Shown one piece after another: positions 14,584 through 26,862 of a stretch of 64,000 nucleotides of DNA. The DNA is from Chrysomallon squamiferum. Lineage: Eukaryota > Animalia > Mollusca. The notes below the pieces were generated by a model, which saw only the letters and a program-made list of their open reading frames with translations, made no database searches and had not been told where the DNA came from. The DNA lies in NCBI GenBank assembly GCA_012295275.1, contig CM022670.1, forward strand, positions 20,212,001 through 20,276,000, in the 5' to 3' direction. The first letter of the stretch is position 1. The number at the start of each line of letters is the position of its first letter. Both the position numbers and the translations under genes were made by a program.

Positions 14584-16092
14584 TACCATACCATATCATA
14601 CACATTTTTACAGTTAAAAGGTATAGACCATTGATAAATATATAAATACATTTATAAATGAATACTAAACAGGTAACAGGGCTACAAGACTGTTTGAATA
14701 CTTGTTGAACGTGTTGGCTGTTGTATTGGCTTCATGGCTAACAAGCAGTTAATAACCTGCGATCACTGTTTGCATTCAAGTGCTGGCTTTATGCAGCACA
14801 CAAAAAACACTTTGTTCAATTGCGCCAGTTACATTCCACCATACTTATTATTATATTTTTATTTTTTTTTAAAAGAAAAAGGAAGAGAAAGAAATGAAGA
14901 AGTAGAAGGAAAAAAAAAAAGTCTGCGTTGGTGATCTTTTGTTGAATAGTGAATGCTTTCGGAGATGAGCACTCTTATAAATTACACTCGACTTGTTCCT
15001 TAAGAGCAGGAAACAATTTTATTTGGTTATAATACAGCGAAGTCTATTCAGGATAAATAGAGCGTAACACGCCCGTTCTACGTTTTTGAAAAGATTTACC
15101 GATCTTTGTCTTAGCTGGCGACACAATTGTCAGACAAATAATTGTGTTTTAAATTCCCCGTTTTTTCTCTTCTTTTAAAATTCAGATCACATAGGGAGAA
15201 AAAGTATGTTACGCTATCGATAGCAGGTTGTTGATGGCGAATTAGGCTATGAATATTATAAAATGGATTCGTAGATATAATTATGGATTTGTAATGAAGC
15301 ATGGTTGTTTATTCTATTGTGATTTTATTGACTGTTAGAAATAAGGAAATGAGTCATTACTGGTATTAGTATGCAGAGGGAGAAAAATAAAAATGAGTAT
15401 TGTGATTAGATACGGTATGGTTGTTTAGGAATTGCATTTTGTGTTATTTAGTTATTTATATAATGCATTAGTTTTCATTAATGTACATACATATACACCC
15501 ATGCATATGTTTTTAAAATTTAATTATTTACTTCAGAATTCATTTGCTGGTATATATTGATCAAACAAAGGAAAATTGATTTTTTATAAATATTTCACAG
15601 CAAACTAAAAACTCAACATGGGGAGTGATTATGATTATTTATCTAACCGTGAAATGTAAAATTTACAAGGTGTTTGTTGTTGTGCACAACATGTTAATCC
15701 AAAACATATGGAACATTTCTGGCTTTGTGTCAAAACTGTCTTTGTCTGCAAGAACAACTGTCTTTATTTCTCCCTGCTAATTAAAGTGGCATGGTCAGCA
15801 CTGACATTTTAACACTGTTAAAGAGAAACAGGACATAGCTAATTATCATAACTTTGTAACCTCGATTTCATTATATCTTAATTATATCTTGTGTGTTTAT
15901 GTTTTTCCAAGATGTTGTTTTTTTGCCTGTTCTTCATTGTTTTTCTTTTTTTTATCTTTTTTTAATTTTTATTCTTTCTTTTATCTTTCTGTTTATTTCA
16001 GTTTTTCTTTTCTTAAACATCTTTACTCATTACATTTTCTTCATTTCTTATTTTCCTTTTGCTTTATAAATGCTATAAAAATAAAAAGAATA

Positions 16093-16094
<2 letters not shown>

Positions 16095-16137
<43 letters not shown>

Positions 16138-16143
16138 AAAAAA
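16095..16143. repeat. Poly(A) tract (about 40 A)
   Basis: Direct reading. Confidence 0.9.
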
Positions 16144-16482
16144 TAAATAAAAAATAACATACATTTAATTATTACCTAACATAAAAAAACACACATAATT
16201 GTAGCATAATCCTATAAAATCTGAAAGTAATTGTAAAAATTATTATGGAAAAAACCATAAAATGATATGTGTCCATAACTACACATGTTGCCACAAGCAT
16301 TGCTGGTCTGAGTGACATATAATTAAAACCATCAAAACAAGTGACAAGGAGAAATGATAAAAACACTGAGTGGGCAATATATCTTTTTATGCTTCGTTGA
16401 AACACACAGGATTTGACCTGGATTAATGTGTGACACATCTTATCAGGATTAAAAATCTATTAAATATCACATCTGAAATAAA

Positions 16483-16483
<1 letters not shown>

Positions 16484-16526
<43 letters not shown>
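16484..16526. repeat. (TG)n microsatellite
   Basis: About 21 units. Confidence 0.95.
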
Positions 16527-16529
<3 letters not shown>

Positions 16530-18841
16530 CATAAATATTTTATAATTTTTTTATTTTCAGCAGCATTCTTTCAGTAAACTGTGTCCTTTGAAACCAGTCA
16601 CAAGGATTTTGGAAAATTTTGATTTATCTAATTTAATAATGTATTCAGAATTGTGTGTGTGGGGGTAATGTTGCTTTAAGATAATTTTCTGAAATAAAAT
16701 TTTCATTTTTGATAAAACTAAAATTTAAAATGATAGAAAAAAGATAAACAATAACAGTAATGGAAAAATAAATAACTTATAAAATGAGTGATCAGTAAGC
16801 TAGAAACAGTGGACACAAAGTCAATTATTTGTCACAGTTTCTATTAACAAAGTGAACATTTGTCTTTTCCAAACTGCTTAAAACAACTACTCTTTATTAG
16901 CTAATGGCAGGCAATTTGCCAAGTCATTATGAGATCATCTAAACAATAAATCATTTCCAGAGATGATGATAATCATCTGCTAAGTTTTGTTTAATCAGTC
17001 TAACTCATGAGTCAATTAATCTTTGGCCACTAATAACTGTAGGTCAAAGGTCAGAGTTGGCTGGGATTTAGATTGTGTTAAATGCAAAGGGTGCAGTTTG
17101 AACCTTAAGGCTCAGATAATGTCATTGTCTTTGTTTCATGGGAAAGTCATGAAAGTAATTTCCGAGATTGGCTGTAAACATGTTAAAAATAAAATAACAA
17201 ATCCAACTCAGTTTAATTTACTTTTTAACACATATATACACAAACACAATATGTGATATATTGTGTATGCATGTGTGTGCATAATTCTGTATTCTACAAA
17301 AGTAAATAGACAGAAAATTAATTAATTTATATCATTTAAAATTTTTATTTTAATGTTATTAACCAAATGCTTGCTAATAAGTATCTTAAAAACATACACT
17401 GAAAAGTTCTTTTACCAGTATCATTTGTTATTGCCACATGAATTTATCATTATTACTTTTATATATATATATTTTTTTTTTCTTAATGAAATAGGCATGT
17501 TTTTTGGACTGTAATATGTACAGTAAATTTCCCTTAAAAAAGGGAAAAAATTAGATTTGAGATTCATTTATAATTCATTTATTCTGATACCTGGTTGACA
17601 GATATAAACCATGTACCATCTGTGATGATTGCAACTTGCTCAGAGTTTGTCAGTGGATTATGTGCTGTCTTTTATCTAATACTGTTATCAGATAATAATC
17701 CTATTCTGTATACAACTTCATAAACTACCTTTAATAAAATGAAATAAAATTTTGTGATAATCTTGCATGTGTGTGTATGTCTGTGTGCACACACACACAG
17801 ACACACACACACACACGTACATACACACAAATAAAAACTAAACCAAAAAAACTCCTAGATTCTATTGAATCTGTTAATGTATTTTTTTTTTAGACAAATA
17901 AAACTAATTAATAGGTGGTGTTGATATATTGTAAAAAAGTGATCTCTTTTATTGAGAATGGAATATTTATTATATTTATAAAATATATATTTTTTTTTAT
18001 TTTAGTAAAGTATTTATTTATTTTTTAAATATCTTCTGTATTCTATATGATTTTGAGGTGAAAATAATATTAAACAATAAAACTTTAGACATTAATACCA
18101 TACTCCATCTGTTTTATTTCTTCATTATTATTTCTTAATTATTCTTAAATAAAAAAAAAAAAAAAATTAAAAGTAATAATTTTATTTATTTATTTATTTG
18201 ATTGTTTATTATTTAATCCTCAAGCTTTACATGTATTAAAATTCAAACTTCCTTATATCAAGCCTTAATATATATGTATATATTTTTTTTTTTTCAAAAT
18301 GTGTTATCAGAATTATTTTTATTTTTCTCTTTTATTCCAAACAAGAAATAAAAGTGTCAATTAAAATTTAAAAAACAAAATGAAAGAAAAATAAAGATTC
18401 TAATTTGATCTGGGAATGTGAAAATCAACAGATGAAATGTTGACATTTTTATTAGTGTTCCCCTATAGGCACCAGCTGTTGAACCACAAGATCAGGCCAG
18501 CGATGGTACACATACACACACACAGGGGGAGGGGCTCGCCTGGTCTCCACATCACAATTCCTGGCAGTAATATGTAAAAAGCAGGGGTCCCTGATAAGCT
18601 GGCACATTGTGTTTGGTCAGTGAGCAGACACACAAGATATCAAACTGTGATCACTTAGCAGATGCCAAAGTTATGAGCAGCAGACTCTTATAAAAAAAAC
18701 AAAAAAACTAAAGTTAGCTCAATTGTTTGTATATAACATCTTGTACAAAGTCCATGTCATTGGAACTTAGGTCATGTACTAATAATGTGTAAAAGACTTC
18801 AAGAAAAGGTTGTGACGGTCTCCCATAGTTTATGCACATCC

Positions 18842-18855
18842 GTTGCCATGGTAAC
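18842..18855. promoter_or_regulatory. RFX X-box-like palindrome GTTGCCATGGTAAC
   Basis: Matches the established X-box consensus (GTTGCCATGGCAAC type) and lies in a GC-richer non-coding island. Function is untested. Confidence 0.45.
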
Positions 18856-21501
18856 CATGGTGTCAGCTGGGCTCTTCCTGTCTTCCCTGACTTTGTGAAT
18901 GAAACAGTCCAGGACCATAGGCAAAGAAAGTCTGACTGTCCTAAAAGTTTTGTATTCTTGGAATTAACAGGGCCAAAAATCATGGAAGTTTATGAGAAAG
19001 GTTTTCAGTGGACATTCTAAAACTAGTTCATCTTGAAGATAAAATTAATTTTTTGGGGAACTAATTTATTACTGAGTCTTGGCATGGTGGTTTCATAGCA
19101 GAAAAAGTTGTGGAATTGTCAAACAGTGTAGGGTGTGTTGTTGTTGCAGGAATTGGTCTTTTCTTCTCCTGTTACCATGACACAGATTCTTCCCATATCA
19201 TCTTTCCTGGACAGTATTTCCATGGTGGGTACCAGTATCTCAGCTTTCATGTTGAGTTGTAGAAACTGGTGTTGTGTCAGTTTTATCAATTATATTTACT
19301 AGTTCTTGAAATACTATATTTTTAATCTTCTTGAATTTGTTTAATAATTATTTAATCTTTTTATCTAAACTTACTTAAATATATATATATATATAAATAT
19401 TTTTAAATAGTCCTAATATAAGTGGCTTTTTTCAGTTGTAATTCATATATAGTATTTCTTGAAATGTTTTTTATATAAATAAATATTTAAATTTTTATTT
19501 TTCAAAGTGATATGAAAAAGAATGTTATATCAATATACATTATTCCATAACTGAAATTAGCACTGATTTTATCAATTTTAATACAGTATTCATATTCTTA
19601 AATTTTTTTTAATTTTTTATCAAAACTTTAAACTATGTATACTAAATAAAATATATAAGCATGTTTAAAGGTGTACCTTTTTATTAAACAATAAATGATA
19701 TTTAATATATATAAATTATCATGGTATATTATGAGATAAAATATTTATTAAAAAAATTTAAAATTAATTATACAAATTAAACTGATATTCAGTAACAGAT
19801 TAAAATAAAACAGAATAAAATGAAATATAGTCTAATATTTATATTTTAAAAACATTTTTATACATTTACGTTTGAAGAAATTAGCATAAGTTGTTTACTA
19901 TCATGTTAACTGATTTGTTTAAAATAATACTACACATTTTAGAATTTCAAAAAATAAATCTTTTTATGATAATAACTTAAAATTCTGATTGTTGAAAATA
20001 CATAAAAATGGAGGTTTTGTTTATTTCATTTTATTTTATTTTATTTTAAATTTTTAAACTTTTTTTTTGTGTAAATTTTTAAACTTAATTTTCTTAACAT
20101 TTGACATAAACAATAATTTCAATAATAAATTTTTTCTAAATTTCTTTTTTTTTTTTACTTACATGGATATTTTATATCTGCATATAATGGTAATCATAAC
20201 TTTTTTAATTTTATATTTTATATTTATATGAAAATTAGATGAATATTAAAATTACATTAAACAATAAACACTGATATAAAATAATGTAAATTAACATTTT
20301 AAATAAACTAATGATGTATCTGATTTATTTATGATAGCAGGCTGTTACAAAACTGTTCGATAAATTATATAAGTATATTAATGATTGTGTGTGTTTTTAT
20401 ATAACTGTATACTTTATTTTATTTTGTTTTATTTATTTATTTATATATTTACACTGATATAAACAATCACATACTCCCTAGTAACTTATTCATCTATTTA
20501 AAATATCTGCTATGCCTATGGGTATAGTTTATCTGTGCAAACGATAAGCCACTCTAACTGCTAATTTGGTAATTTTAACTGGATTCCTATACATAAGATT
20601 AGTTAAGCTTAATAACATAAAAATACAGTGTTAATTATCAGTTTATTTATTTATTTAATGCTTTTAGGCTCATTGTATAAATTACTACTTAAACTGCTGG
20701 TTGCTTATTTCTTCTTCTTTCCATTCTTTTCTTTTCTTTCTTCTTCATTTCACATCTTTCTTCATCTTCTTCTTCCTTTTTCTTCTTCCTTCTTCCTTCT
20801 ATGCCTGTATTGTTTTTTGTTCTTCATTTTCTTCTACTGTCTACTCCTTACTTCATCATTCTGCTCACTTCTTCTTTCATTGCATTCTTTTATCTTTTTT
20901 TTTTTACATTTTCTTTGTTCTGTCCTTTATTTTCTTTTTTATCCCTCCCTTTTCTTCTTTCTATTCTTCACAATTATAATATACAATATATAAAATCAAA
21001 TGTATAATATTTTTTGGGTAATGTTAAATAGAAAAATCATCATCCAATAATAACAAGCTTAAGCTTCTTGTTGAAATTTAAAAACATGAAGAAAAAGAAA
21101 ATAAATCTTATTGAGTTAGTTCATGACAGAATTATACATACTGAGTTCAAAAGGTTATATTATGTGTTCCTATTTGTCTCTTTGTACAGAAACTAATTAA
21201 GACCATGCTAGCTGATAAGAGTGCATTTTCTTTCCCTGGTTGGCTTGCAGAACATTATAAATACATATAGAAATCTGTTGGGAACATCAGTTTCCATTCC
21301 TTTCCTTTTTTTCTTTTCTTTTCTACACTATAATGAATTTTGATCATACAGGTTTGATATAATTGTCTGTTGATTTGAAGAAAAGGACAGTACAAGTTTG
21401 ATGTTTCTGAATAGAAAAAACAAAAACAACAACAGCAATTCACAAAAATTTATCTGGATTATACTTAGAAGAACCACATACATATAAATCATAAGGAAAC
21501 A

Positions 21502-21502
<1 letters not shown>

Positions 21503-21538
<36 letters not shown>
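21503..21538. repeat. (CA)n microsatellite
   Basis: Direct reading. Confidence 0.95.
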
Positions 21539-21539
<1 letters not shown>

Positions 21540-22128
21540 TACATGTAAAGGACACACACATACACACACAAACACATACAAGAATAGACATATAATCTCA
21601 TATTCACACAACCTTAAAAACAAAATTAATGATAAATAAATAAAATTAGAAATGTATCAAAGAACACAGTATAAGACGAGTACACAAGACATTACACAAA
21701 GGTATAGAGAGTGTGTGAAGTAACTTTCATATCTCCTCCCTGTTTGCACTGGCAGTTCACATATTTACTGTGTTGCACATTCTGTATTAACTTCACAGAC
21801 CTGTACAAACAAAATTAGCTAATGCCAACAAGCTATACTGAAACATAACACCATCTTGTCTTAGAATATTAAAAAAAAAAAAATGTAGAGTTTAAAAAAA
21901 AAAAAAAAAAAAAAATTGAATTAAAAAGAAAGTTATAAAAAAATTTAAAATAAAGATAAAATTAAAAAAAAAACCAGCATTTTCATACTGCATACAGATT
22001 TTTAAAAATAATATATTACTTTGATGGTGACAGATGGAATCATTGCCCACTGGTGAATAAATTTAGAGTTGATAGTTCAGTGTGTTTTATATTTCTGAAT
22101 TTTTACTTTTCAATATACAATTAGAATG

Positions 22129-22159
<31 letters not shown>

Positions 22160-22469
22160 GTTTATTTTTTTTTTTCTGACTGGTATTATAAGCTATTTTA
22201 AGGGAAGAGTAATTTTGTTCAAATAATGTTTAAAACTTGACATAAATTATTATTTCAAATGATAATGGGATTTATAATGATAACGTTGCCAGATATTGTT
22301 GATGTATTTATGTCAGTATAAACTATTATGAATGGAATTAAAATAGCTAGGTTAGGATACATATTTAAAAAATCCCTTGTCGCTTGACATAACTGATTGT
22401 GGACTCTATAGTGATAAATAAAACTAAATATCATTGATATGTATGACTAGTGCATACTAGGAATTCTTA

Positions 22470-22610
22470 AGGAAAAAAAATCCTTTGCTGCAAATCCAAA
22501 AAAGAATAACACTTCATGTGGGGGCAGATTTCTTCTTTAAATTATCCCCATAGTCTTTAACCATATATATTATTCCATATAACTAATACCGAGTGCATTG
22601 TTAATAAATA
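22470..22610 (+). mobile_element. Decayed copy of a dispersed SINE-like repeat
   Basis: aatcctttgctgcaaat..aaagaataac..tttaaccatat..gagtgcattgttaataaa shares motifs with 57945-58095, 28885-28930 and, in reverse, 42100-42255. Confidence 0.45.
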
Positions 22611-23536
22611 ACTAAAAAAATGATATACAATATTATGTATTTATATATATGTATTTTTAATGTGTATAGATATGTGTATGTATGTGATATATTATTTTAT
22701 TTTGTACTTGTTGTTTTTCTGTTTACACTGTGATTTTCTTTTAGACATATTTTTTAAATTCATCATTTCAAATTTATTTTCATACCATTATTTAAAAAAA
22801 AAAAAAAAAAATTCACAGCAAACAAGAATAATAATATTTTGTTGTTGTAGTATTCACATATAAATCCATGGCCATTATTTTCAGTGTGTCTGTGAGTCTA
22901 AAATTCTGACAGACAAGTAAAATGGTTGTTTTGTTGTTTCTGACATTTCAGTGACATTATAACTATAGAAAGCCTGATCTCTGTTATTAGTGGGATCTTT
23001 TTTTTTTTTTTTTCTTTTTTTTTTTTTTTTTATTCGCTCCAACAGACAATGAAAGCAGTAGGTATGGCTATAAACCAGTTTGTTTAAGTCATATAAAGGT
23101 AGTTTGCTTGTAAAATATCCCAGCTTGAGAAGGAGTTCATTAATTAGACCACAGGTGTTTCTAACTAGAAGCATACTGAATTAAAGTGGCTTTAGCACTT
23201 GCTTTAATTTGCATATTATTGCCACACTGAACATTTCAGTCATTCTTACCACTTACATGTCTGCCCTTTCACCTGGACAAAGTCCCTTTTATGTTTACCT
23301 TTAACGAGGTTTTTAGTAAATGGCCTTTGTGCTTAATTCCATTGTTATTGTTGTTGATTGTGCACGTTTGTGGTCCGTGAAACGAGTAAAGCACTGAGTT
23401 AGAAAGTCATATTGTCTCTGGCCACTTTTCCACAGTCGCTAGTATAGGAACACGTTCACGCTTGAGTGAACTTGAGGAACAATACCCACGTACAATGCTA
23501 CATGAAGCTGACAACCGTCTCAATTGTGTTTTGCAG

Positions 23537-23616
23537 GTGAAGCGATCACGAATTGACAACCAAACGGAGGCTGGCCACGACAATAACCTCAGCAACGCTG
23601 CAGCGATAAACGCCAG
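23537..23616 (+). CDS. eya: eya coding exon A (VKRSRIDNQTEAGHDNNLSNAAAINAR); may extend 5' to 23495 (ATG) or 23436 (upstream acceptor)
   Basis: gttttgcag|GTGAAG...GCCAG|gtaggt. Ends in phase 2, matching exon B. VKRSRID resembles Drosophila Eya VKRPKTD and vertebrate Eya4 VKKTCTE (recalled). CpGs are retained locally. Confidence 0.8.
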
Positions 23617-23974
23617 GTAGGTTTTCAGGAGACCAATCAGATATTATTTCTATCTTTCAAGTTTCCTCTCCTGTTTTAGTCCTGTCTTGTGTTTCTAATG
23701 GCTACCTTCTGTGGGAGGAGGATGTAACAACAGTATTAGCAGTGGATCATATCTTACTGGTAATATCTCTTTGTTTTGTGTTTAAATCTTGGGTGTCTTT
23801 TTTTATATTATTATTGTTGTTGTATTCCTGGTGGCTTCTGTCGGATAGTATTATTATTTTTGTTTTGTTTTGTTTTTAGCTCAAACACAGGTCACCTCAT
23901 GCTACTCGCTGTCTATATCAGTTTACCTGAGGGGGTGACAGGATATACAAGGGGGTGGGGATAGGTGAACTAAT

Positions 23975-23983
23975 GAAACCTGA
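23975..23983 (-). promoter_or_regulatory. MEF3-type Six1/2/4 site (TCAGGTTTC)
   Basis: GAAACCTGA on the + strand is an exact MEF3 consensus, about 360 nt downstream of exon A. A single 9-mer could arise by chance. Confidence 0.25.
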
Positions 23984-26744
23984 CAGATTACTGGATTAAC
24001 CCTGAAGTATGGGTTATCACAGTTTGTGATTAATTTGCAAAGATACATTCAAGATGTGTTTTGAGAATTGGTTTCTTGTTGTTTTTATCTTTTATTATTG
24101 TTATTATTTTTTTAAGTTTATGTGAAGTCACACACTAATCATCACTGAAAGTACTTTTCATTTAACAACTTAGACTGATTTTTTGAGAAATGTACAAATT
24201 TTACATTAATTTTGAAACAGCATCAGTGACTTCTTTCCATTTAATAACCATTATTTCTAAATTGTATAAATATTAAATCCATATCTAAATTACATACAAG
24301 TTGTTGGTGGCAACTAAAAAAAAAAATAATGACAATGTGTTGTTTGAACAGATTAATTATTTTAAATTTGATTAACCATAAACTGATATAAACAATATAC
24401 TGTGACTGGTTACAGTCTCCATATCACAACAGTATCATTAATTAATTCTTATTTATTTATTTATTTATTTTTATTTTTTTTACTGGTTAGTGATTTTAAA
24501 TTAGTTTATAACATTTGTTTTCACTGGTTTTGGTTTTTATATCACAATAATGTACATTAAATAAAGTTCTAATTTTTTTTAAAGTTAACATTCATTAGAA
24601 ATAATTTTATCTCCAGCTTTAATTTTCATTTACAAACACAATTCAGTACATAACTCCTTTTGGAATAATTATTTTTCTTGTGTTCATTTAAAATTTCTAG
24701 TTTTTGTATACTATTGATTTTTAAAATTCATTTATCCATTGTATTGTGAATCGTTACAGTTTCCATATCACAACATCAGTTAAAATTTAATATACAGTAT
24801 TAATCAATTTTAAATTATTTTAGACAATTCATTGCATATCACCAAACAGAAGTAATTATTATAAATTATATTAATTTTAAATTCATTGGAGGGAGGTGAC
24901 AATAAATATTTCAAATCTACTGATTTTAAACTAGATTTACCAAACTGTTATGTGTTAATGTTATTTTTTAATCTCTCTCGAATTTTTAACTTTATATTAG
25001 TTTGAAAATAACATGAACTTGGTCCCTTGTTGCATTATTTATAAGGATGATTATTAGTTATTATATATTAACATAAAGCAATTAGACAGTACCATTTTAC
25101 AGTACAAAAACCAGATAATATCTTTTTACATAAAATAATTAGACAATATATTTTTTACATAAATTGTATATATTTTAACGTAAAGAAATTAACAATTTTA
25201 AATTGAGTAAAATGGTCAGTATATTTTTGCATTAAATTACCTGACAATACCATATTACGTTAGGAAATTAAAGAGTACGTGAGTACCTTAGATAAACCAA
25301 GAATTATAACCACATTTTGATTAATGTAATTTGAGGCATTTTGTGTTGAAAATATTAAAATGAAAAAAAAATAAAAAATAAAAAATCAAATAATAAATAT
25401 AATACTGTATTGAGTGTGAATGTATTAATATTTATATATTAATTTTGTTTAATTGTTTGTTGTGTATTATGTATGTGAATGAGTTAAGTATGTGTACATT
25501 TATGTTGTGTATGTGAATGTGTATGTATATATGTTGTATGTGTGTTTCTATATATTTATGTTGTATATGAATATGTACATGAGTGTCAGAAAGTTTTGAA
25601 TATTGATGTATCATTAAAATCCATGGTTTGTATTTGTGTGTGTGTGTGTTTGTTTTTGCGTGTGTATATTCTGTGGTTAAAAATTATAATGACAGTATGA
25701 AATCATAATGACTTACACCATGTATTTTAACTATGTATATATATATATAAGTAGGTGGCTGCATACATGGTTGTGTGTGTATGTAACTAAGAATGTTTCT
25801 GTATATCTATGTGTATGTTTATAATTGTGTGTATATAAGTACTTATTTCTGTGAGTTTCTGAAATGATTACAAAATATATGGCTGCATGGATTTGCATGC
25901 ATACATTACATCTCTATCACACATGAACTTTTCATAAATAAGAAAATAATAATAAATAAAAATAAAAAAATTAAAAAAAAGGAAAATTAAATTTAAAATG
26001 AGGTTAAAAAGAAGTAAAACAGCTATCTATAATCTATCGTTGAAATGTTTATGTTTTAGTGACAAGTTATCGTCAGATTAATCTAAATATTTAGATTTTT
26101 ATTTTGCACATTTAACAGTTTGATTTATTCAGGAGTACATTTATCTTTAAATATACACATACATTTTATAATAATAACATAATAAATAAAATTAAAAATT
26201 AAAATCAACACTAAACATAAATAAATAATGTCTGGTCATAGTAGAATGGCTGGAAAAAAAGAAAAAAGATGTCACAGATGTAATTAAACTTGCTAACCAT
26301 GGTATGTCTTAAAGTAACACCTTCTCTTGTTAAAATAGTCATTGACTCTTGACTTACATAACATGATATGTGATTAACAGTTACATAGCATGCACATTTA
26401 ATAATGTTTAATCTTTGGTGCATAAACAAAAATGAGAATTACTGTGTGATTTTCACTGATTGGTGTTTACTGTTACACATTTCTAGCTAGCTAATTAATT
26501 AAATTATGTCATATTTAATTTAGAAAATGTCATTTAGTTTAATCAGAGGCTGTTCTTTATCAGATTACAGTCATGTTAATCAAAATGAGGCTGATAATTA
26601 ACATGATCTGGCGATTGCCAAATTAATTTTCTACAGATCATTCTCCATATTTCTGAACATGTTTTCTTCTGGTGAATATGCCCATGTTTTGTTTTTGCAT
26701 AAATTCACATTCTTAATGGTAAGTGGACTGTAATTTATAGATCA

Positions 26745-26862
26745 ATACTCATCAGTGCATCCACTGGGTTATTTCCCATTCCAGCAAGTGCTCCATGACC
26801 TGTTCATTAAAAGCAATAAGATGTGCCACGCTGTTTTTTGAAAATATGCGTATGAAAGATGA
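26745..26862 (+). mobile_element. Decayed copy of the dispersed SINE-like repeat (5' half)
   Basis: ccactgggttatttcccattccagcaagtgctccatgac..aaagcaataagatgtgcc..tatgaaagat is similar to the reverse complement of 42140-42220. Confidence 0.45.

Noticed and set aside
15889-16146. Poly(A)-tailed retrocopy
   Set aside because: The upstream sequence is T-rich low complexity with no coding or SINE body and no evident target-site duplication; long A/T runs are common across the window.
18848-18898. ATGGTAACCATGGTG (MVTMV) as an eya first exon like Drosophila type II MVTLMP
   Set aside because: Stops after 16 codons with no convincing donor; better explained by the X-box palindrome.
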